A stretch of 64,000 nucleotides of DNA from Eledone cirrhosa (GCA_964016885.1 OZ024765.1:16306001-16370000); one strand, 5' to 3'. Shown: positions 14,096 through 33,290, counted from the first letter of the stretch. Translations and numbers: made by a program. Notes: generated by a model not told the origin, from the letters alone.

Positions 14096-14475
14096 TGAAT
14101 GTGAAACACAGAGACAGAGAGACATATATATATATATAGAGAGAGAGATATCAATAGATACAGATTATAGACCGGGCACTTTCTACAGTGTTCTCAGGGA
14201 GACTCAGGTGAGTGAGTGTGTGTGTGTGTTAGAGAGTGAATGTGAAACAGAGAGACAGAGAGAGACATATATATATAGAGAGAGAGATATCAAGAGATAC
14301 AACTTATAGACACGTGCACTTTCTACAGTGTTCTCAGGGAGACTCAGCATGTCACAGTTTATGATTTGGACACTCCACTGAATGACTGCAAGATTGGCGG
14401 AGTCGTTAGAACGTCAGATAAAATGGTTTGCAATATTCGTTCCAGCTCTCTGTTAATATTAGTTTCACGCTTGAG

Positions 14476-14523
<48 letters not shown>

Positions 14524-14582
14524 CAGGGCTCTGATACCATCAACACTATACACACAGAGCTGGCATATCTAAGAACTGACTA

Positions 14583-14638
14583 ACTGCCTGATGAGGTCAT
14601 AGCCATTCAATGGCTATCATCGAAATATATATAGCAGT
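14583..14638 (+). ncRNA. Type I hammerhead ribozyme
   Basis: actgc-CTGATGA-ggtc-atagccat-tca-atggctat-catc-GAAA-tatataTA-gcagt; lies in a 165-bp island between (TA)n tracts. Confidence 0.75.
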
Positions 14639-14679
14639 AAATAAAGGATTATCAGTTCATGCAATTGACTTATGTTTCG

Positions 14680-14742
<63 letters not shown>

Positions 14743-15332
14743 TAGCGAGAATCGTATTTCGGCTATTGGAAATTAGCGAAAAACAACTTCCGAGATGTGT
14801 GGCAAGCGCTCCATAGAAGCTAGTGAACTAGAGCTACAACATAAGATAAAAGGCCAAACTCACTGAGACGATGGTTAAACCATTATCCGCACAGCCATAG
14901 AAACGACCAAGTAATTCGGGTCAAACAAATAAAATATGATTGAAAAATATAAATATACCCGGGCCCCTGGAAGGTTGGTAATATCCAGTATTGGGTTTCT
15001 GCAACTCCTAAATCAAGTACTGTCTACTTAGACAAATAATGTTAAGCTTTTTGGTATGATGATCGAACAAGGAGGTCACTTTTTCAACAGGCTTTTGGTT
15101 CAGTGCCAAGCCGAGGTCTGACCGTTATCAAAACCCACGTGGGGCTTGACAAGGGGAGCAACCCTTAGTTTTGGCGGCTGAATTCAGTATGTGAGTTATT
15201 GCAAAATTGCAAAATATCACAAAACGAATTAAGCTCTCAACAGAATATATATATATGTGGGGGAGAAAACTCTAGTGAATGAAGATCTTTAAATTTTCTC
15301 CCTCATATCAAGGATTTGAAGACGATTCATTT

Positions 15333-15406
15333 TCACCTGACGAGTTAAGTGATAATCGATCATGGCCGCACGATCGATCTATCTCTTATTGAAAAATGTA
15401 TCGTGA
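15333..15406 (+). ncRNA. Type I hammerhead candidate, degenerate stem III
   Basis: tcac-CTGACGA-gttaagtgata-atcgatc...gatcgat-ctatctcttatt-GAAA-aatgtaTC-gtga. Confidence 0.45.
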
Positions 15407-15618
15407 TTAAAATGATTGGAAATTTATACCATGCCTTTGGATCTTTATTTTGATACAAATACTCCGTTTTACATCATCTAGCTGTTCCCATAAATGGAAT
15501 TGGAGATATACAAAAGCGTGGAGAAGTTAATATTGCTAACAAAATGTTATTGGACCGTATGACACAACCAATAATACACCTTACTATATATCAAATATAT
15601 ATATATATATATATATAG

Positions 15619-15649
<31 letters not shown>

Positions 15650-15650
<1 letters not shown>

Positions 15651-15780
15651 TTATCCCGTCTTCAATCGGGAGTAACCACAGTAAGTAAGGTACTCAATGC
15701 AAAGCAGAGTATAAATATTTAATATAGAAATGGCTTCTACAGGACTAGAACTGTTTCATTCGGGAGAAATCATCACGATA
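15650..15780 (-). mobile_element. Family G element, 5'-truncated in the HHR core
   Basis: GTGATGA-tttc-tccc-gaat-GAAACAGTT; homologue at 52700-52823(+), diverged copy near 57030-57100. Confidence 0.55.
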
Positions 15781-15786
15781 TTATCA

Positions 15787-15819
<33 letters not shown>

Positions 15820-15823
<4 letters not shown>

Positions 15824-16096
15824 ATATTAAATAAATGGAAACTATATTTATAAAACCATATTTATTTTATTATATATATTTCAAGGGTAACAAGACACAT
15901 TGATACGCTTTCGTCAGATAAAATACAAAGGTTGTTTTATAAATAGAGACATACCCATGGAAATCATACCTTATCGGTTGGAAATTCCCTGGATTTAATA
16001 TCATTGAATATTTACTCCAGTAAACTGTTGAGTGCTCTAAGTCAGTTATAAACATTTATATTTGTTGGATTTCCAACAAATTAAATAAACCTTCTA

Positions 16097-16098
<2 letters not shown>
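15820..16098. mobile_element. Family A fold-back element
   Basis: Homologous to 3416 and 9319, with inversion at about 15995. Confidence 0.75.
15863..15925 (-). ncRNA. Type I hammerhead ribozyme
   Basis: tattttat-CTGACGA-aagcgtatcaa...ttgttaccctt-GAAA-tatataTA-ataaaata. Confidence 0.7.
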
Positions 16099-16132
<34 letters not shown>

Positions 16133-16135
<3 letters not shown>

Positions 16136-16308
16136 CGAAGGAAGTATGGTAAGGAACTAGATGGACCATAACGCACCAGAGTACTCAATACTGAGCGTAG
16201 TAGAGTGGGTTATAGGAAAACGTTTGACCCCGACGGCAGAGCTCAAGCCGTCTCGACGGCTATTTCTGGACAGGAATTTCGAGACTGTCGTCAGGTTCAA
16301 ACACTTTC

Positions 16309-16312
<4 letters not shown>
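16133..16312 (-). mobile_element. Family C hairpin-ended element in (TA)n
   Basis: ggaccataacgcaccagagtactcaatac shared with 36775, 36942, 55561 and 56447. Confidence 0.75.
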
Positions 16313-16369
<57 letters not shown>

Positions 16370-16374
16370 CTTAT

Positions 16375-16410
<36 letters not shown>

Positions 16411-16868
16411 GTGGTTACACAACAGTTAGTTCACCATACCGAGACCAATTGTTTCACCTTAGCGGATCTTCAGCTCGGGATGTGCATGGTTATAGGAACA
16501 GGAAGGACAACCATATATATATATATAGTACCAGTGTAGTACTGGGGTTGACTCTTCTTCTTCTATATCTCTTTCTCGCTCTCAATCCTTCTCTGGAAGG
16601 AATCCTCTGTAGTCAGATCTGCAGATGCCGATATATATCCTTTCTTTCTGGCCCTTTCTCTCTCTCTCCCCCATCTACCTTCACTCTTTCGCCCCTCCCT
16701 CTGTCCTCTCACTCTTTCTCTTTCTCCCCTCTCTCTCTCTTCCCCGTTACTACTTCTGGGTCTCTGCGTGTGTGTCTGTACGTGTGTGTATGTGTGGATG
16801 TGTGTGTCGGTCTGTGCGTGTTTGTTTACGTATGTTGGTCTGTGTGTGTGCGTGTGTGTATGTATGTC

Positions 16869-16907
<39 letters not shown>

Positions 16908-16984
16908 CTGTATAAGTGTGTGGATCTCTTTGTCTGTGCGTGTGTGAGCGTGTCATTGTCTCTGTGTATGTGCAACCATTATTC

Positions 16985-17685
16985 AGTTCTCAGGGAGATT
17001 CAGCATGAAACAACGGGTCATTGAGTATCATGGTCCCGTCCCTTAAAGTACAAATACAGACATGATGTAACCTTGCTCTACTTCTCAGGAAGATTCAGCA
17101 TGACACAGCGGGACACTGGGCAGGATGGTTCCGTCCTTTTAAGTACAGATACATACATGATGTAACCTTGCTCTAGTTCTCAGGGAGATTCAGCTTGACA
17201 CAGCGTGTCACTGAGAAGGATGGTTCCGTCCTTTAAAGAACAGATACAGACAAGATGTAACTTTCATTTAGTTGTCAGGGAGATTCAGCTTGAAACAGCG
17301 GGTCACTGAGAAGGTTGGTCCGGTCCTTTTAAGTACAGATCCATACATGATGTAACCTTGCCATACTTCTCAGGGAGATTCAGCATGACACAGCGGGAAA
17401 CTGAGAAGGGTGATCCCGTCCTTTTAAGTAGATACAGACATGATGTAACTTTCATTTAGTTCTCAGGGAGATTCACCATGAAACAGCGCGTCAGTGAGAA
17501 GGGTGGTCCCGTCCTTTTAAGTACAGATACATCACATGTTTGCCATCTGAGTGAATGTAATGGACACAACGTGAAAAACAGTATTTTACTGAGGAAGAAC
17601 ACATGACAGAGGGTCTGGCATTCGAACCCTTGTTCTTCAGAATCAGAACCTGAACCCATTAGCCGTTGAGCCACACCGCTTCTAA
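16985..17685 (-). mobile_element. tRNA-headed SINE with 3' region amplified as ~6 x 95-bp tandem units
   Basis: A box tggctcaacgg and B box ggttcgaatgc near 17615-17675; ttctcagggagattcagc at 16987, 17082, 17177, 17272, 17367, 17460. Confidence 0.75.
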
Positions 17686-17779
17686 ACTAGAGTTTATATA
17701 AACAAATAAAACAATAAGTAATGTTTGATGAGTGAACACAGATTAATAAAGAAATGGAGAGATCGTTTGATAAATTAGG

Positions 17780-18500
17780 CAAACACACACATACTGAAAC
17801 ACACAGGCACACACATACTGAAACACACAGGCACACACATGCTGAAACACACAGGCACACGCATACACACACATACACACACATATATACACACACACAC
17901 ACACAGGCAAACACATACACACACAGAGAGAGACACACAAAGTCAAACACAAGCTCACAGACACACATACAAACACGTACACACACACACATACACACAC
18001 ACACACACAGACAGACATACAGAGACAAACACACGCACACAGACACACATACAAACACACACTCACAGACACACACAGGCAAACACGCACACAGACGCTC
18101 AGACACACACCACACAGACACACACAGAGGCAAACACTCACACATACAGAGGCACATACGGGCATACACACACATATACATACAGAGGCACATACAGCCA
18201 TACACACACAGATGCTTACACACACACATACAGATGCACATACAGGCATACACACACACACACACATACAGAGGCACATACAGGCATACACACACATACA
18301 CACACATACACACACACATACAGAGGCACATACAGGCATACACACACATACAGAGGCATACACACACATACACACACAGAGGCACATACAGGCATACACA
18401 CACATACACACACAGAGGCACACACATACACACACAGAGGCACATACAGGCATACACACACATACACACACAGAGGCACACAGAGGCACATACGCAGACA
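17780..18500. repeat. CA-rich minisatellite (cagaggcacatacaggcatacac)
   Basis: Tandem CA-derived units. Confidence 0.9.
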
Positions 18501-18559
18501 CGGTGTCATAAGTTGTAACCTATATTATTCCACATAGGCCATTAGTTCTACTTGGTGCC

Positions 18560-24732
<6,173 letters not shown>

Positions 24733-27700
24733 ATAAAAACAAATAACGAAACGAAATTAAATTTCGTTTCGTTTGTAACTCACTTTTGTATGACTGACGC
24801 TCAAACAATTAAGTCAAAGATGTACATCCATATATGTATACTGAAATACTAGTATGTATATGAATACACACACGTATACATATGTAGATGTACCAAGTTT
24901 TTTTCACTGATCACTTTACTGTGAGTGGCCAGCTATTCTGTATGTAAACACACAGACAAACCGGTTTTTAGAGTCATACTGGTTTTTGAGGAAACACCTT
25001 TCCTCTATTCTCCAGAAAGCCAGACAAGGAACATTGAACTAGTTTCGTTGTTGTTACAACTCATCAGCAATATTTACCTATCTTCCGGCCTCTCTAGAGA
25101 ATCGTAAAAGCACATATCGCTATATGCTTTTTCTATGAAAATTAGTAGTGGGCAGACCAACTTGCATAGAGTGTGAGTAAGTACCGGTTCAACGGAGACG
25201 ATAAAAACAAATAACGAAACGAAATTAAATTTCGTTTCGTTTGTAACTCACTTTTGTATGACTGACGCTCAAACAATTAAGTCAAAGATGTACATCCATA
25301 TATGTATACTGAAATACTAGTATGTATATGAATACACACACGTATACATATGTAGATGTACCAAGTTTTTTTCACTGATCACTTTACTGTGAGTGGCCAG
25401 CTATTCTGTATGTAAACACACAGACAAACCGGTTTTTAGAGTCATACTGGTTTTTGAGGAAACACCTTTCCTCTATTCTCCAGAAAGCCAGACAAGGAAC
25501 ATTGAACTAGTTTCGTTGTTGTTACAACTCATCAGCAATATTTACCTATCTTCCGGCCTCTCTAGAGAATCGTAAAAGCACATATCGCTATATGCTTTTT
25601 CTATGAAAATTAGTAGTGGGCAGACCAACTTGCATAGAGTGTGAGTAAGTACCGGTTCAACGGAGACGATAAAAACAAATAACGAAACGAAATTAAATTT
25701 CGTTTCGTTTGTAACTCACTTTTGTATGACTGACGCTCAAACAATTAAGTCAAAGATGTACATCCATATATGTATACTGAAATACTAGTATGTATATGAA
25801 TACACACACGTATACATATGTAGATGTACCAAGTTTTTTTCACTGATCACTTTACTGTGAGTGGCCAGCTATTCTGTATGTAAACACACAGACAAACCGG
25901 TTTTTAGAGTCATACTGGTTTTTGAGGAAACACCTTTCCTCTATTCTCCAGAAAGCCAGACAAGGAACATTGAACTAGTTTCGTTGTTGTTACAACTCAT
26001 CAGCAATATTTACCTATCTTCCGGCCTCTCTAGAGAATCGTAAAAGCACATATCGCTATATGCTTTTTCTATGAAAATTAGTAGTGGGCAGACCAACTTG
26101 CATAGAGTGTGAGTAAGTACCGGTTCAACGGAGACGATAAAAACAAATAACGAAACGAAATTAAATTTCGTTTCGTTTGTAACTCACTTTTGTATGACTG
26201 ACGCTCAAACAATTAAGTCAAAGATGTACATCCATATATGTATACTGAAATACTAGTATGTATATGAATACACACACGTATACATATGTAGATGTACCAA
26301 GTTTTTTTCACTGATCACTTTACTGTGAGTGGCCAGCTATTCTGTATGTAAACACACAGACAAACCGGTTTTTAGAGTCATACTGGTTTTTGAGGAAACA
26401 CCTTTCCTCTATTCTCCAGAAAGCCAGACAAGGAACATTGAACTAGTTTCGTTGTTGTTACAACTCATCAGCAATATTTACCTATCTTCCGGCCTCTCTA
26501 GAGAATCGTAAAAGCACATATCGCTATATGCTTTTTCTATGAAAATTAGTAGTGGGCAGACCAACTTGCATAGAGTGTGAGTAAGTACCGGTTCAACGGA
26601 GACGATAAAAACAAATAACGAAACGAAATTAAATTTCGTTTCGTTTGTAACTCACTTTTGTATGACTGACGCTCAAACAATTAAGTCAAAGATGTACATC
26701 CATATATGTATACTGAAATACTAGTATGTATATGAATACACACACGTATACATATGTAGATGTACCAAGTTTTTTTCACTGATCACTTTACTGTGAGTGG
26801 CCAGCTATTCTGTATGTAAACACACAGACAAACCGGTTTTTAGAGTCATACTGGTTTTTGAGGAAACACCTTTCCTCTATTCTCCAGAAAGCCAGACAAG
26901 GAACATTGAACTAGTTTCGTTGTTGTTACAACTCATCAGCAATATTTACCTATCTTCCGGCCTCTCTAGAGAATCGTAAAAGCACATATCGCTATATGCT
27001 TTTTCTATGAAAATTAGTAGTGGGCAGACCAACTTGCATAGAGTGTGAGTAAGTACCGGTTCAACGGAGACGATAAAAACAAATAACGAAACGAAATTAA
27101 ATTTCGTTTCGTTTGTAACTCACTTTTGTATGACTGACGCTCAAACAATTAAGTCAAAGATGTACATCCATATATGTATACTGAAATACTAGTATGTATA
27201 TGAATACACACACGTATACATATGTAGATGTACCAAGTTTTTTTCACTGATCACTTTACTGTGAGTGGCCAGCTATTCTGTATGTAAACACACAGACAAA
27301 CCGGTTTTTAGAGTCATACTGGTTTTTGAGGAAACACCTTTCCTCTATTCTCCAGAAAGCCAGACAAGGAACATTGAACTAGTTTCGTTGTTGTTACAAC
27401 TCATCAGCAATATTTACCTATCTTCCGGCCTCTCTAGAGAATCGTAAAAGCACATATCGCTATATGCTTTTTCTATGAAAATTAGTAGTGGGCAGACCAA
27501 CTTGCATAGAGTGTGAGTAAGTACCGGTTCAACGGAGACGATAAAAACAAATAACGAAACGAAATTAAATTTCGTTTCGTTTGTAACTCACTTTTGTATG
27601 ACTGACGCTCAAACAATTAAGTCAAAGATGTACATCCATATATGTATACTGAAATACTAGTATGTATATGAATACACACACGTATACATATGTAGATGTA

Positions 27701-29724
27701 CCAAGTTTTTTTCACTGATCACTTTACTGTGAGTGGCCAGCTATTCTGTATGTAAACACACAGACAAACCGGTTTTTAGAGTCATACTGGTTTTTGAGGA
27801 AACACCTTTCCTCTATTCTCCAGAAAGCCAGACAAGGAACATTGAACTAGTTTCGTTGTTGTTACAACTCATCAGCAATATTTACCTATCTTCCGGCCTC
27901 TCTAGAGAATCGTAAAAGCACATATCGCTATATGCTTTTTCTATGAAAATTAGTAGTGGGCAGACCAACTTGCATAGAGTGTGAGTAAGTACCGGTTCAA
28001 CGGAGACGATAAAAACAAATAACGAAACGAAATTAAATTTCGTTTCGTTTGTAACTCACTTTTGTATGACTGACGCTCAAACAATTAAGTCAAAGATGTA
28101 CATCCATATATGTATACTGAAATACTAGTATGTATATGAATACACACACGTATACATATGTAGATGTACCAAGTTTTTTTCACTGATCACTTTACTGTGA
28201 GTGGCCAGCTATTCTGTATGTAAACACACAGACAAACCGGTTTTTAGAGTCATACTGGTTTTTGAGGAAACACCTTTCCTCTATTCTCCAGAAAGCCAGA
28301 CAAGGAACATTGAACTAGTTTCGTTGTTGTTACAACTCATCAGCAATATTTACCTATCTTCCGGCCTCTCTAGAGAATCGTAAAAGCACATATCGCTATA
28401 TGCTTTTTCTATGAAAATTAGTAGTGGGCAGACCAACTTGCATAGAGTGTGAGTAAGTACCGGTTCAACGGAGACGATAAAAACAAATAACGAAACGAAA
28501 TTAAATTTCGTTTCGTTTGTAACTCACTTTTGTATGACTGACGCTCAAACAATTAAGTCAAAGATGTACATCCATATATGTATACTGAAATACTAGTATG
28601 TATATGAATACACACACGTATACATATGTAGATGTACCAAGTTTTTTTCACTGATCACTTTACTGTGAGTGGCCAGCTATTCTGTATGTAAACACACAGA
28701 CAAACCGGTTTTTAGAGTCATACTGGTTTTTGAGGAAACACCTTTCCTCTATTCTCCAGAAAGCCAGACAAGGAACATTGAACTAGTTTCGTTGTTGTTA
28801 CAACTCATCAGCAATATTTACCTATCTTCCGGCCTCTCTAGAGAATCGTAAAAGCACATATCGCTATATGCTTTTTCTATGAAAATTAGTAGTGGGCAGA
28901 CCAACTTGCATAGAGTGTGAGTAAGTACCGGTTCAACGGAGACGATAAAAACAAATAACGAAACGAAATTAAATTTCGTTTCGTTTGTAACTCACTTTTG
29001 TATGACTGACGCTCAAACAATTAAGTCAAAGATGTACATCCATATATGTATACTGAAATACTAGTATGTATATGAATACACACACGTATACATATGTAGA
29101 TGTACCAAGTTTTTTTCACTGATCACTTTACTGTGAGTGGCCAGCTATTCTGTATGTAAACACACAGACAAACCGGTTTTTAGAGTCATACTGGTTTTTG
29201 AGGAAACACCTTTCCTCTATTCTCCAGAAAGCCAGACAAGGAACATTGAACTAGTTTCGTTGTTGTTACAACTCATCAGCAATATTTACCTATCTTCCGG
29301 CCTCTCTAGAGAATCGTAAAAGCACATATCGCTATATGCTTTTTCTATGAAAATTAGTAGTGGGCAGACCAACTTGCATAGAGTGTGAGTAAGTACCGGT
29401 TCAACGGAGACGATAAAAACAAATAACGAAACGAAATTAAATTTCGTTTCGTTTGTAACTCACTTTTGTATGACTGACGCTCAAACAATTAAGTCAAAGA
29501 TGTACATCCATATATGTATACTGAAATACTAGTATGTATATGAATACACACACGTATACATATGTAGATGTACCAAGTTTTTTTCACTGATCACTTTACT
29601 GTGAGTGGCCAGCTATTCTGTATGTAAACACACAGACAAACCGGTTTTTAGAGTCATACTGGTTTTTGAGGAAACACCTTTCCTCTATTCTCCAGAAAGC
29701 CAGACAAGGAACATTGAACTAGTT
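24733..29724 (-). mobile_element. 468-bp tandem array (~10.7 units) of a hammerhead-containing retrozyme-like element
   Basis: Units start at 24733+468n (confirmed by the period of the identical 60-aa ORF); one type I HHR per full unit on the minus strand. Confidence 0.85.
25030..25074 (-). ncRNA. Type I hammerhead ribozyme (repeats every 468 bp to 29242-29286; 10 complete copies)
   Basis: aatattg-CTGATGA-gttgt-aaca-acaac-GAAAC-ta-GTT^caatgtt; 7-bp stem I, 5-bp stem II, palindromic AACTAGTT stem III. Confidence 0.85.
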
Positions 29725-30350
29725 AAACCGGTTTGTCTGTGTGTTTACATACAGAATAGCTGGCCACTCACAGTAAAGTGATCAGTGAAAAAAACTTGGT
29801 ACATCTACATATGTATACGTGTGTGTATTCATATACATACTAGTATTTCAGTATACATATATGGATGTACATCTTTGACTTAATTGTTTGAGCGTCAGTC
29901 ATACAAAAGTGAGTTACAAACGAAACGAAATTTAATTTCGTTTCGTTATTTGTTTTTATCGTCTCCGTTGAACCGGTACTTACTCACACTCTATGCAAGT
30001 TGGTCTGCCCACTACTAATTTTCATAGAAAAAGCATATAGCGATATGTGCTTTTACGATTCTCTAGAGAGGCCGGAAGATAGGTAAATATTGCTGATGAG
30101 TTGTAACAACAACGAAACTAGTTCAATGTTCCTTGTCTGGCTTTCTGGAGAATAGAGGAAAGGTGTTTCCTCAAAAACCAGTATGACTCTAAAAACCGGT
30201 TTGTCTGTGTGTTTACATACAGAATAGCTGGCCACTCACAGTAAAGTGATCAGTGAAAAAAACTTGGTACATCTACATATGTATACGTGTGTGTATTCAT
30301 ATACATACTAGTATTTCAGTATACATATATGGATGTACATCTTTGACTTA
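29725..30350 (+). mobile_element. Inverted 1.3-unit arm of the 468-bp array
   Basis: Reverse complement of the unit, from aaaccggttt to ctttgactta, then (TA)n. Confidence 0.9.
30086..30130 (+). ncRNA. Type I hammerhead ribozyme (predicted cleavage after GUU at 30123)
   Basis: Same motif as 25030-25074, on the plus strand. Confidence 0.85.
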
Positions 30351-30695
30351 TATATAAATATATATATATATATATAAATATATATATGCATATAAATATA
30401 TATAAATATATATATATATATATAAATATATATATGCATATAAATATATATATGCATATAAATATATATAAATATATATATATATATAAATATATATATG
30501 CATATAAATATATATATAAATATATATATGCATATAAATATATATAAATATATATATGCATATAAATATATATAAATATATATATGCATATAAATATATA
30601 TAAATATATATATGCATATAATTATATTTATATATTTTTTTATATATATATATACAATATATTAACAAATGGAAATTTATTTATAAAACCATATT

Positions 30696-30761
30696 TATTT
30701 CATTATACATATTTCAAGGGCCACCAGAGCAAACCATGGTGCGCTTTCATCAGATAAAATA
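30696..30761 (-). ncRNA. Type I hammerhead ribozyme (family A copy 30657-30838)
   Basis: tattttat-CTGATGA-aagcgcacca...tggtggccctt-GAAA-tatgtaTA-atgaaata. Confidence 0.7.
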
Positions 30762-30970
30762 TAATATAGGTTTATTTTATAAATAAATATTGACATACCC
30801 TTAAAAAAGCAACCATTCTGGTTGGAATCTTCTGGATCATAGATGTTTCGGCGCTTAATATAGGACATCTAAAATCGATCAGCGGAGCGCCCAAGGCCTT
30901 TTATCGCTCAATACAAAAAAATATCTATATATATATATATATCACAGACAAATCTGCTTCGTAGAATCAA

Positions 30971-31066
30971 GACGTATCTGAGGACTTTGCGATTTTCAGA
31001 GTCAGGTTCGATCATCACATCGATCGTGCCTCGAGCTGGTCGCCAGAGAAACGATTGTAATATGTC
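30971..31066 (+). ncRNA. Type I hammerhead with long stem II (family H, 30943-31190)
   Basis: gacgtat-CTGAGGA-c-tttgcgat...gtcgccaga-GAAAC-gatt-GTA-atatgtc; 7-bp stem I; degraded homologue at 46075-46310. Confidence 0.6.
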
Positions 31067-31203
31067 CAATCAATTCCATTCCTCGCAACACTGTTCCTCT
31101 TTTTTTTCTGTCATATCATACTCTGCTCTATAAGAGCATCGAGTGCTCATACGGCCTACCGCATACGAATCTTTTACCATCCAACACCAATTAAATATAT
31201 GTA

Positions 31204-31252
<49 letters not shown>

Positions 31253-31497
31253 CTCTCGCTGATGATGCCCACGGATTATCTGTTACAAACACAATTCTCA
31301 GGACGAAACAGATTAAATCTCTAATCTATCCGGGATATGTAATAGTTATTGAGACGGTCTGTATATTTTCTGTATTTTCCGTTTTTTTCTGGTTAAATTG
31401 TCAAACCAACGGCGTATTTCAACCCTCGTACTGTGTTTCAACGACGTATTTCAACCCACGATGTACTGTGTTTGTTACTATATATATTATTATATCG

Positions 31498-31570
<73 letters not shown>

Positions 31571-31691
31571 AGGTGAGTTTTATTGTAGTACAATAAAGCA
31601 ATGCAGATATCGGATAAGAAGCACTCTACAGTTTGTAGGACTGGAGTATACATAATATATAAGATCAAGAGATGGTTAAATGAGGTCCATG

Positions 31692-31762
31692 TATTTTATT
31701 ATGCGCATTTCAAAAACAAATATCATCATGCAATAACATTTGTGTTTTCATCAGATAAAATA
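31692..31762 (-). ncRNA. Type I hammerhead ribozyme
   Basis: tattttat-CTGATGA-aaacacaaatgttatt...gatgatatttgttttt-GAAA-tgcgcaTA-ataaaata; palindromic ATGCGCAT. Confidence 0.7.
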
Positions 31763-31900
31763 GGAGGACATGATATGAAGGTTAAAACACACTTGTGGAT
31801 AGTGCAGTTTTAAATCAACATATGTTGTTTTAAATCAACATATGTTGATTTAAAACTGCACTATCCACAAGTGTTTTTTAACCTTCATATCATGTCTTGC

Positions 31901-31971
31901 TATTTTATCTGATGAAAATACAAATGTTATTGTATGATGATATTTGTTTTTGAAATGCGCATAATATAATA
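31901..31971 (+). ncRNA. Type I hammerhead ribozyme
   Basis: Inverted copy of 31692-31762 with one mismatch in stem I. Confidence 0.65.
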
Positions 31972-32001
31972 CATGAAACTCATTTAACCATCTTTTGATC
32001 T

Positions 32002-32048
<47 letters not shown>

Positions 32049-32819
32049 CAAAGACATCGAAAATACAACTGGAGTCTTTTTAAGAATATTTATTTCTTTC
32101 CTTTATTTGTTTCAAATTCATTATGCTTTTCAAAAGTAGAAATAAGATGACGGTTTGGTGGTTTCTCTCGCATCATATCTATATATCTGTGTACACACAC
32201 ACACACACTCACGCACACACACGCACACACATACACACACACATATATATATATTACTTCCCCCTGCATATATAAATATATATATATCACATTTCATCTT
32301 TGCCTTTCCTCTCTCTTTCTCTCTCTCTCTTCTTTATTCGATATATAATCACTTTCTTTCTCTCATCTATAACTGTTACTAAACCCCTTCAAAGTCTATA
32401 CTCTCAACATGGCTGAATTCTAACACAAACTACGAGGAAGCAGCGTTCTATGTTACCTTTCTAAGGTTTCGTTGGCGTTCATTTTCTTTTTCGTTTCTCA
32501 ATTAAATATTTTCTATCTACTCTATATTGTATATGATTTGTATATACTTAATCTTAAGCGAATAGAGGTTTTGTTGCTGTATGTATGTTTTTATCTATGT
32601 TTGTATGGATGTATTTAAGTAGGTATATATGTATGTATGCGTTTATGTATACATGTATGAGTTTATGTATGTATGTGTTTATATATGTAAGTGGGTATAA
32701 ATGTATGGATGTATATAAATATACATATATGTGTGTGTGTGTGTTCGTACATACACACATATACGTCTATGTATATTTCACTCTCTTTCTCTCGCTCCCT
32801 CCCCCTTTCTCTCTCTCTA

Positions 32820-32867
<48 letters not shown>

Positions 32868-33259
32868 CATATATATACACACACTCTCGGATATATAGAT
32901 ATATATATATACGCATATACATACAAGTGTACGAATATATACATATATATGTATATAGTCATGTACAAATATATACATATATGTATGTATACACACACAC
33001 ATATATATATATATGTATGTATATGTATACATACATATATATATATATATGTATATATAAATATATATATATGTATATATAAATATATATGTATATATAA
33101 ATATATATGTATATACATATATATATGTATATATACATATATGTATATATATATATGTACATATACATATATGTATATATATATATATATATGTGTGTAT
33201 ATATATATGTATATACATATATATATGTATATACATATATATATGTATATTTATATATA

Positions 33260-33290
<31 letters not shown>

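Larger units (their letters stand above)
31568..32010. mobile_element. Family B fold-back element with two opposed HHRs
   Basis: ~170-bp inverted arms (about 31654-31825 and 31840-32010); homologue at 56622-56975. Confidence 0.8.

Noticed and set aside
14740-15245. Possible LINE 3' end
   Set aside because: No convincing reading frame or diagnostic motif by eye
16270-16300. CTGACGA...GAAA on the minus strand in family C
   Set aside because: No stem I or stem II; it is a diverged inverted arm and is absent from other copies
24925-25107. Repeated 60-aa ORF MASYSVCKH... in every 468-bp unit
   Set aside because: Starts at GTG, is antisense to the ribozyme and has no recognisable domain; a by-product of the repeat
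24733-29724. CRISPR, rDNA or snRNA array interpretation
   Set aside because: No variable spacers, no cas genes, and no 5S, tRNA or snRNA sequence recognised
31252-31356. CTGATGA with long hairpin
   Set aside because: GAAA core replaced by GTAA and poor stem register; at most a decayed HHR
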